Part shown: one piece after another, positions 57,330 through 64,000 of the stretch
Layout: the number at the start of each line of letters is the position of its first letter
Position numbering within the stretch: the stretch's first letter is position 1
Virus record (IMG/VR): IMGVR_UViG_3300025030_000050
Span: 32,001-96,000 of that record
Reading direction: 5' to 3' (one strand)
Source: a virus
Length of the DNA stretch: 64,000 bases
Notes under the pieces: generated by a model
What the model was told of the DNA's origin: nothing
Databases searched by the model: none
Seen by the model: only the letters and a program-made list of their open reading frames with translations
Made by a program: the position numbers and the translations under genes

Positions 57330-57344
57330 ATCCTCCAACTATTG

Positions 57345-58721
57345 TTAATTTTGCAGAACAGCTAATTTTTTAGGATTATCAATTATATTTCCAGCGCCAG
57401 TACCTTGAGCTATATTAGATAAAACGCCATCCATAGTTGTCATGTTGACCGCAATTAATGGTTCATCAAATCTTTTATCAAATTTTTCCTTACCCAATCC
57501 TGTTCTAACTTCATTAATTGATTCAATTCCTGTTTGAACATGTTTAATTCTTTCATTTAACAATTCTTCTCTTGAGTCAGGAACGCAATTATCATATGCT
57601 AGAAACAATTTTTCATCATATCGCCAAATCAATTTTTCATTTAACTTTTCTTCAATTCTTCTCAATCTCGGTTGGATTGTAAAACTCATATATTGATATA
57701 TAGCAGCGTCTACATTCGCTCTGTTCGCTTCTTTACTATACATACCTAGTGCTTGTCCAAAAGCGTTTAAAATCAACTCTCTTATCTTTTCTCTGCCACC
57801 AAGATAAGACATTTCTTTAGGCGAAGTTCCAACTGGTTTAAATTTTAAACCACTATCAAGTAATGGCATTTTCCCCGCATTTTTAGGGCCAGTAAACGCT
57901 TGTTTAATTTCAGCCTTTAATCTTTCAAATTCATGATCTCCTAGTTCACTATCTGTTTCAAATGTCCCTGACAATGTTCCTTGATTTTTGAACATTGCTT
58001 CTTCATATTCATTTATAGAATGGTTTAATGAATATTCTTCAGTAATAGAAGAAAAAGGAGGGAACCCATAATAAACAGATTTTGGATTTGGCATTTTAAA
58101 ATGAATCACAGCTTTTTCTTTTAAATCTATAGACTGTGTTCCTTTTTGATATTGATAACCAGAAATAAAACTTTTACTATCTGGAACAACTTTACAATTT
58201 TGTGGCGGAATAATCCAAATTTCTTTTGGGATACCCATTCTGTCTTCAAGAATATGCCAGAATGTATTTCCAGTAAGTTCCTGATACAACTGCGTCATTT
58301 GCATCAGGTCAAAATTATTCATGAAATTGTTTACATTTTTTTTCAAATCAAGAAATGGATGATCAAGAACTTCTTCAAATTCGCTAGCTTTTCTAACAGA
58401 AGTTATATTTGATAGAAATGGATTTTCCCTAATAAAAGCGTCTTGAGATTTTGAAATATTTCTCGTAGGAAAATTTTTTATTTTTTGGCCTTTCTTATTT
58501 TTTGCCACATAAAGTCTAAGAGGAATATTTGCTACACTATCAGCATTTTTAGAACTTGCAATATATACCCAAGACTTATAAGAATTCACCATCGCATTAA
58601 AATCATCTTCTGGGTACAACTCTCTGCCATATTGCCATGGGTAAAGCCATGGCAATGACGTTCTTTTTCTTCCAACTCTAGCAGCTCTCATTTCAATTTC
58701 ATATTTAAAAGGGTCTATCAT
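57345..58721 (-). CDS. portal protein (HK97 family)
   Basis: WVY....A..VA..PL, HP, L.GN..W, VIHF..PNP....G..P, NAGK..L, NE.R. Confidence 0.93.
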   Translation of the reverse strand: MIDPFKYEIEMRAARVGRKRTSLPWLYPWQYGRELYPEDDFNAMVNSYKSWVYIASSKNADSVANIPLRLYVAKNKKGQKIKNFPTRNISKSQDAFIRENPFLSNITSVRKASEFEEVLDHPFLDLKKNVNNFMNNFDLMQMTQLYQELTGNTFWHILEDRMGIPKEIWIIPPQNCKVVPDSKSFISGYQYQKGTQSIDLKEKAVIHFKMPNPKSVYYGFPPFSSITEEYSLNHSINEYEEAMFKNQGTLSGTFETDSELGDHEFERLKAEIKQAFTGPKNAGKMPLLDSGLKFKPVGTSPKEMSYLGGREKIRELILNAFGQALGMYSKEANRANVDAAIYQYMSFTIQPRLRRIEEKLNEKLIWRYDEKLFLAYDNCVPDSREELLNERIKHVQTGIESINEVRTGLGKEKFDKRFDEPLIAVNMTTMDGVLSNIAQGTGAGNIIDNPKKLAVLQN

Positions 58722-59056
58722 TATTTATTTCCTTGAGAAGCTTCAAGATAAACTTTATACCTATTTTTAAAAAAGTCTTCATGAAAATATTTTTCAATAA
58801 ACTCTTTTTTTTCTGTATCAAAATATTCTGTAATAATATACAATTTATTTTCTTCTGGTTCTAATTCTCTTAAAATAAAATCTGGTGATGAGGAATAGTC
58901 TTTAATATAAAATTCTATCCCATCATGAATTAATAAAAGACCTTTTGGAAATATTTCTTCTAATTTTGCAGAAAAAAAATAATAATTTTGAGCCAAATTT
59001 TTTGTTGCAAATATATAAAAAATATTGTAAAGTAGTTTAAAAATATTTTTTATCAT
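58721..59056 (-). CDS. hypothetical protein
   Basis: Coupled ORF between TerL and portal. Confidence 0.55.
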   Translation of the reverse strand: MIKNIFKLLYNIFYIFATKNLAQNYYFFSAKLEEIFPKGLLLIHDGIEFYIKDYSSSPDFILRELEPEENKLYIITEYFDTEKKEFIEKYFHEDFFKNRYKVYLEASQGNK

Positions 59057-60801
59057 ATTACTCTTATATGAGGAATCGCAGGCTCAAAGAAACATTGCAT
59101 TAAAGAAGCAAACTTGTCTGGGCTTCTCCCAATCTTCTTTTTAATTGTTTTCTTATCACTTACTTTAATTTTACCACTACTTTGGTCTTCGTAATATTCA
59201 AACGCGAGCATCTCTTCCCTTAAATCATTATCATCCGGAATCATAGCTGAAGGATCTTTCTTAAGCCAGTCAGCTATGGTCCAGGCCAACTCATCTCTTA
59301 TTAAATGAAACTTACCCAATTCACATTTTTTTTGACTTGGTGAACTTACATAAACTTTTCTGGCATTAATATGGCATCTTGCCATTTCTTTATGACAAAC
59401 AGGGCACTTATAAATACTTTCATCAAGATAAGTTGTTTTATAATGAGAGCATTCATTATTTTCACACCTCCAATACCACATTCTACCAACTCTCGGAGGT
59501 ATTGCAGCCCCAATCCCGTCAGCTTCTACATTAGCCTGATCTGCATCCAAACTTACATAAATTTTACTAAGTCTATCTGATGATTTATCTAAATCAACAC
59601 CCTTCCAACTTTCAAATCCATCTATATAATTACCATATCTTTTAGCAACACAACAATTATCTCCACCCTCATCAGCAACGTCCATTCCTAGTAATGGCTT
59701 AATCCCTTTTATTACATCCTTCCCGTATGTTGCCCGATAAAGTTTCCATCTACTTACAGCATTATCTATATCCACCATACTTATTAGAGAACTTTCTGTA
59801 CAAGATGGGTACTCCCCTAAAACCTTATAGGAAAAAGCAGGATTTGTTACAACCCTCCATCCACCCTTTAAAGGTGGATAGAATTCATTATTTCCTGAAG
59901 GTTTTTCACCAGTAACCCCAATTAAAAATTCAGGAACTTCAAAACAAGATTTATCAACCTCTTCATCATCCCTTAACTCTCTTGACCAGCTATTAATCCT
60001 TTCAACAACTTTATCTCTACTTACTGCTCCTGGAATTAAATTTTTGCCACTCACTACATTTGGGTGATTAAATGCAGACATTGTGATTACATTTGCTTTG
60101 CCTTTAGTCAATTCATAGACATACCCAGATTGACGTTTTGGGTTATACATATTTAATTGCCTACTGCCATCACCTGAAAGACACCCATCCTCGCCTTTAA
60201 AAACCTCATCTGGGATAGCATCACTTTCATCATTTTCATAAAAAAGATAATCTGCATGCTGCCCACTAAATTTAGCTTCTCTTTCCTCAGCAGAACCAGT
60301 GGATGGAATTGTTTTTCCAGTTATAAAATGTTTTCCACTACTTTCTCCGTAATCATCTTCTTTGCTATTTAAATTAATGTCATCTGTTATTTTTAAATTT
60401 AAAATTCTATCACTTTTAAATAATTTTCTATTTTTAACAACAATCTCTACTATCTCACTCCAAAGTTTTTCCTTTAAATTATTTTCAGGAGGAGCAGCAA
60501 CGGCAATTGTTTGTGATTTTGGGAAACAGCGATAATGCCAAATAGCAAGAGCTGCGGCACAAAAGGTTTTTCCAGTTCCGGTCGCTGATTTAACAACTGT
60601 GACTTTATTGTCTCTAACAGATTCAGCAATTTTAATTAAATCATCAGGAATTATTTTTATTTTTAAAATTTCTCTAAAAAAAACAACTGGATCTTTTTGA
60701 TATTTCGTATAATCTATATCATCCAGCAAGACCGATTTTATTTCATCTTCATTAAAAAGATTAGCAAGCAAATCTAAAGCTTTTTCATCTATGCCCATCA
60801 T
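59053..60801 (-). CDS. terL: terminase large subunit
   Basis: SATGTGKT, DES, NP, VLGEYP, GMDVA..G.D, DGIG, K...GRSPD. Confidence 0.93.
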   Translation of the reverse strand: MMGIDEKALDLLANLFNEDEIKSVLLDDIDYTKYQKDPVVFFREILKIKIIPDDLIKIAESVRDNKVTVVKSATGTGKTFCAAALAIWHYRCFPKSQTIAVAAPPENNLKEKLWSEIVEIVVKNRKLFKSDRILNLKITDDINLNSKEDDYGESSGKHFITGKTIPSTGSAEEREAKFSGQHADYLFYENDESDAIPDEVFKGEDGCLSGDGSRQLNMYNPKRQSGYVYELTKGKANVITMSAFNHPNVVSGKNLIPGAVSRDKVVERINSWSRELRDDEEVDKSCFEVPEFLIGVTGEKPSGNNEFYPPLKGGWRVVTNPAFSYKVLGEYPSCTESSLISMVDIDNAVSRWKLYRATYGKDVIKGIKPLLGMDVADEGGDNCCVAKRYGNYIDGFESWKGVDLDKSSDRLSKIYVSLDADQANVEADGIGAAIPPRVGRMWYWRCENNECSHYKTTYLDESIYKCPVCHKEMARCHINARKVYVSSPSQKKCELGKFHLIRDELAWTIADWLKKDPSAMIPDDNDLREEMLAFEYYEDQSSGKIKVSDKKTIKKKIGRSPDKFASLMQCFFEPAIPHIRVI

Positions 60802-61496
60802 TTATTCCCAATACGACGAGCCAAACCTACTTTAATCGAATCTTGAACTTCTTTAGGAAACATCGAAATCAAAGTTTTTAAATCAACAGGGATTTTTCTA
60901 TCATTGTCTTGTTCAAACATCCCCAAGTGTTTTGCCAAGGCATCGAGCGCACTTTTTTTATCAACTGTTTTTAGTTCTTTGATATACGATTCTAATTTCT
61001 CATTGCCGTCTTTATCTTTAACAGTTTTAACACCAATACTTAGTCCGGATATAACAGCAGCGGTATCTCTATCCATTTCAGATAAATTTTTTAAACTATT
61101 GTCTTCGTTATATAAATCCTTTACATTGGAGTAAGCAAGTTTGGCATATTCTGTTAAAACACGTTCTTGAGTTATTTGCAGTTTTACACTAATCTGTTTT
61201 TGAAGTCTTTCAATTTCTCTTCTTACTTTTGGATTTGAAAGGAGTCTTGAACCAGCAGCTCCAGCATTCCATAATGAATAACCCGCTTTTTGAGCGGCTT
61301 TTTCTTCGTTATACCAAATTACATATTCTTGACAAAATCTTGAAACACGAAAAGGAAGGTCTTCACCTTCCTCAATTGTTTCTAACGAATGAACTTCATT
61401 GACTAATTCATTATAATCGTCGACAGAGTAATCTTCGGTTTTAATTCTCTCCATTTGTTGATTTAAATTATCTTGTTTTAATATTTTTTTATCCAT
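60798..61496 (-). CDS. terS: terminase small subunit
   Basis: FC.EY...N...AA.KAGYS...A..LL..P.V, IT.ERVL.E...AYSN, AL..LAKHLGMF. Confidence 0.9.
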   Translation of the reverse strand: MDKKILKQDNLNQQMERIKTEDYSVDDYNELVNEVHSLETIEEGEDLPFRVSRFCQEYVIWYNEEKAAQKAGYSLWNAGAAGSRLLSNPKVRREIERLQKQISVKLQITQERVLTEYAKLAYSNVKDLYNEDNSLKNLSEMDRDTAAVISGLSIGVKTVKDKDGNEKLESYIKELKTVDKKSALDALAKHLGMFEQDNDRKIPVDLKTLISMFPKEVQDSIKVGLARRIGNK

Positions 61497-61502
61497 AATT
61501 AT

Positions 61503-61579
61503 TGGGGTGAAGTGTGAGAATCGAACTCACTAGAACCTGATTCACAGTCAGGAGGATCAACCGTTTTCCTTACTCCACC
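61503..61579 (-). tRNA. tRNA-His(GTG) with encoded G-1 and CCA
   Basis: GGTGGAGT...CCTGA-CTGTGAA-TCAGG...GTGAG-TTCGATT-CTCAC-ACTTCAC-C-CCA. Confidence 0.9.
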
Positions 61580-61587
61580 ATAAAATT

Positions 61588-61776
61588 TTATTCAATAACT
61601 ACAAATTCGTTTATGATAGAATCTACTTTTCTAATAACTTCTTCAAGTGTTTCTTTTTTTATCATGCACTCAAGTTCAAGCTCTGGACAAGACTGGGTTA
61701 GGGAATCTAATTGATCTAATTCATCTCTCCACTCATCAGTCATCTCTTCTAACAATTCAATAATTTCATCATCCAT
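61588..61776 (-). CDS. acidic hypothetical protein
   Basis: ORF track. Confidence 0.55.
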   Translation of the reverse strand: MDDEIIELLEEMTDEWRDELDQLDSLTQSCPELELECMIKKETLEEVIRKVDSIINEFVVIE

Positions 61777-61807
61777 ATCAATTCCAATTCATTCTAAGTT
61801 TATTTAC

Positions 61808-61835
61808 TTATCGGCATAAGTTAGCAAAAACTTTA
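61808..61835 (-). promoter_or_regulatory. sigma28-type promoter upstream of tRNA-His/terS
   Basis: TAAA-GTTTTTGCTAACTTAT-GCCGATAA. Confidence 0.7.
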
Positions 61836-62027
61836 ATATTTTTATTCTTCTAATTCAAGATACTCTTCATTGAATCTTTCAATCGATTCTCTTTCTAAAT
61901 TTTTATTTTTTAAAGCCTTCCCAAATCTATCTCTCATCTTTATTTTTGGCTTTATTTTTTTATTAAATTTTTTACTTTTGTGCTTTGTTTTAAAATCATC
62001 TTCTTGAAACACTTTTATCCCTCTTTT

Positions 62028-62264
62028 TTATTTTCTATCTCCAAATAAAATCCAAACATCGCCTTTTAAAATTTTATGTGGTATTTCTGGTATATCATAT
62101 TTTCTTAATTTTTTAAATTCTTCTAAATCTAAAACAATCGCAATCCCGTTTTTGTCATCTGCGTAAATACAATTATTTATTTTTAATCCATTGAATCTAA
62201 TTTGAATGTTTGAAATTAAATTAGATTCAATGGCTTTCTTAAGATCTATTTTCATTTCAAACAA
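62028..62264 (-). CDS. hypothetical protein
   Basis: ORF track; SD AGGAG. Confidence 0.6.
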   Translation of the reverse strand: MFEMKIDLKKAIESNLISNIQIRFNGLKINNCIYADDKNGIAIVLDLEEFKKLRKYDIPEIPHKILKGDVWILFGDRK

Positions 62265-62466
62265 CTCCTAAATTAATCTGGCATTCTTTTATGTCAAGGA
62301 TTTCTATATTGTCAAGAAATCTACATTTTTTAATATTATTCTCTTTGTCCAAAACAATGTATGGACAAATTTTAACAACTGCTGTTTTATTTTCAAACTG
62401 GCATTTTATAATTTGGTAACAATAAAATCCCTCAGGTATTAATTCAACTGGCATTTGTTGGTTCAT
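62257..62466 (-). CDS. Cys-rich hypothetical protein
   Basis: IP.G.YCY...CPY...C..L...KEC..N. Confidence 0.65.
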   Translation of the reverse strand: MNQQMPVELIPEGFYCYQIIKCQFENKTAVVKICPYIVLDKENNIKKCRFLDNIEILDIKECQINLGVV

Positions 62467-62480
62467 ATATAACTCCCATA

Positions 62481-62509
62481 AATATAATCATTGCAAATAA
62501 CGTTGTCAA
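62481..62509 (-). promoter_or_regulatory. sigma70-type promoter
   Basis: TTGACA-N17-TATATT. Confidence 0.65.
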
Positions 62510-62536
62510 GTACTAGATCCAATTTGCTATAACAAC

Positions 62537-62563
62537 TTATCGGAATATTTTTATCAAACTTTA
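62537..62563 (-). promoter_or_regulatory. sigma28-type promoter at the head of the late strand
   Basis: TAAA-GTTTGATAAAAATAT-TCCGATAA. Confidence 0.7.
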
Positions 62564-62676
62564 ATAACATTATTTTTCAATCATAACATTCAAAATGTTA
62601 GCATTAAATTTTATGTTATTAATTTGAGTTTTAGTAAACAGATTGTAAAAGCAAAGTTTTTAAAAAAAATAATAAT

Positions 62677-62980
62677 AAGCCACAACGTGGCTTGAGTGTT
62701 TGCGCAAGCAAACACATTTTCATAATTTTTTATTAATATTTTTATGAAAATAAAAATATATTCGTAGAATAATCTTGTAAAGATTTATTCCTTAATATCT
62801 TGTAGAATATATTAGTCAATTTTGTCTATGACCAAGAAACCTATTTTTGTCTATGATTCATCGCCATTTTTGACTATGAACAGTCATTAAATTTGCCAAA
62901 AATGACTATAGTTTCTATACCAAATTTTAGTCAGTACTTGACAAAATTGACTAAAGATGTTACCTTCTATGTCTATAGTT
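62677..62980. repeat. origin-like region: three abutting palindromes plus iteron-like repeats
   Basis: TTTTGWCTATGA at 62820, 62845, 62868; 14-bp inverted repeat 62813-62826 / 62940-62953; AT-rich. Confidence 0.65.
62938..62966 (+). promoter_or_regulatory. sigma70-type promoter for the HTH initiator-like gene
   Basis: TTGACA-N17-TACCTT with extended TG. Confidence 0.6.
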
Positions 62981-62995
62981 AAAAATTAAAAAGAG

Positions 62996-63424
62996 GTGGA
63001 AATGGAAACAGAAATTAATCCAAGTATAAGGCCGGGTTTGCTAACAATTCCAATTGAATTAGTTATGAACCCGAACATTCCAGAGAGTTCAAAAACTTTG
63101 TTTGGTGTTTTTAATTTATACAAAAATAAAACAGGAGGATGTTGGGCAAGCAATTCTTTTTTATTTTCAATACTTAGGCATAATGAAAGAACAATTACTA
63201 GAAATATTAAAATATTATCGGATTGGCATTATATAAAAATTGAAAATAAAAACAGGTCAAATAAAAGGAGAATTTTTATTTGTGGCTATCAAGAAATATA
63301 TGGCGATATTTGTGATAAAATTTATGACACAAGAAGAAATCCAGAAAAATTAGATAATGAATTTGTTAAAAGCGAATTTTTAAGATTAAAAAATGAATTT
63401 ATTAAGAAAAATGATTGCATATAA
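62996..63424 (+). CDS. winged-HTH replication initiator-like protein
   Basis: IP..L.....SK.L.G.......G.CWASN..L......RTI.R.I..L....YI...R.I. Confidence 0.75.
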   Translation: MEMETEINPSIRPGLLTIPIELVMNPNIPESSKTLFGVFNLYKNKTGGCWASNSFLFSILRHNERTITRNIKILSDWHYIKIENKNRSNKRRIFICGYQEIYGDICDKIYDTRRNPEKLDNEFVKSEFLRLKNEFIKKNDCI

Positions 63425-63725
63425 ATTGTTTAGAAAAAGAAAAGATCAGACACTTGCGCCATTATTTATTAATAAAAGACAGGTCATAGTTTTAAATCAA
63501 TGGCTAGAAGCAGAAGAACATCAAACCAATGGCTATGCTTTTAGACCGGGTTGGCATTGTTGTGTAAAACCATTTGCCCCACATTTATCAGAAAAAGACA
63601 GAGCCTGGTATAAAGTTGAAATTGAAAATTATGAATTTTTTACCAGACCAGAAAGTCAAGGTGGGGTCTGGGTTTTGGCACAAAGAATGAAAGCTTTAGA
63701 AGAAATTAATAAAGAAGTGAATTAA
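63411..63725 (+). CDS. conserved phage hypothetical protein
   Basis: AYKLFR...L.PLFI, W..A..H.T.G.A.RPGWH, PHL. Confidence 0.7.
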   Translation: MIAYKLFRKRKDQTLAPLFINKRQVIVLNQWLEAEEHQTNGYAFRPGWHCCVKPFAPHLSEKDRAWYKVEIENYEFFTRPESQGGVWVLAQRMKALEEINKEVN

Positions 63726-63758
63726 ATAATTATAAAATTAAGATATGGCTTAATTAAA

Positions 63759-63974
63759 ATGAATCGTAAATTCCCAATAAAAGAAGAAATTTGCAATATT
63801 TGTTATAGTGTGGGTAAAATTCACCTTAATAAATTTACAGATACTTTTTCTGATATGTCAATAAAAGATGGTGTTTGTTATAAATGTAGAGGAACGGGAT
63901 TTGTTATTAAAGAAATGAGCATTGATGAAAAACTAGAATATTTATTAAATGCAGTAATGGATAATTTAAAATGA
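63759..63974 (+). CDS. DnaJ-type zinc-finger small protein
   Basis: CNIC..G...CYKCRGTG. Confidence 0.6.
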   Translation: MNRKFPIKEEICNICYSVGKIHLNKFTDTFSDMSIKDGVCYKCRGTGFVIKEMSIDEKLEYLLNAVMDNLK

Positions 63975-64000
63975 AAAATTATTATTTTCTGTAACAAGAA

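Noticed and set aside
22192-61134. Many plus-strand ORFs opposite the late genes (and minus-strand ORFs opposite early genes)
   Set aside because: Antisense shadow ORFs without RBS or recognisable motifs; more frequent in the GC-rich island, as expected by chance
62677-62693. AAGCCA...GTGGCTT shared between an origin palindrome and the acceptor stem at 3509-3600
   Set aside because: Only 6-7 bp per arm; no further similarity; likely chance
1-64000. CRISPR array, reverse transcriptase/DGR, retron or integrase
   Set aside because: No regularly spaced repeat-spacer units, no RT (YxDD) ORF, no TR/VR pair and no recombinase motif seen in this window by eye
1-64000. Stop-codon reassignment
   Set aside because: Long genes are intact and densely packed in code 11; TAA, TAG and TGA all end genes; no suppressor tRNA

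Overview
A 64-kb segment of an AT-rich, long-tailed (siphovirus-type, no sheath gene) dsDNA phage genome in the standard genetic code. 1-21934 (+) holds recombination, repair and nucleotide-metabolism genes: UvsY-like, gp32-like SSB, RecA, 5'-3' exonuclease, RuvC-like, a split SbcC/Rad50 with SbcD, ThyX-like, dNMP kinase, Dam-like MTase, dUTPase and class II RNR, plus two non-canonical tRNA-like RNAs. 21922-62466 (-) is a complete late operon: TerS, TerL, portal, prohead protease, HK97 capsid, connector, tail, tape measure, tailspike and lysis genes. 62570-63424 looks like an iteron-type origin with an HTH initiator-like gene. Several unusual elements sit in the late operon: (i) a GC-rich island plus two more genes encoding Sec-signal-peptide, fibre- or lectin-like proteins; (ii) five glycosyltransferases, a radical-SAM enzyme and a methyltransferase among head-tail genes (candidate virion glycosylation); (iii) a prohead protease fused to a classical AAA+ ATPase; (iv) three copies of a three-way-junction RNA motif, two directly upstream of HNH genes; (v) five sigma28/FliA-type promoters, all on the late strand. 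Several single-base homopolymer frameshifts suggest sequencing error. All family assignments come from motif recognition by eye; no database search was run.
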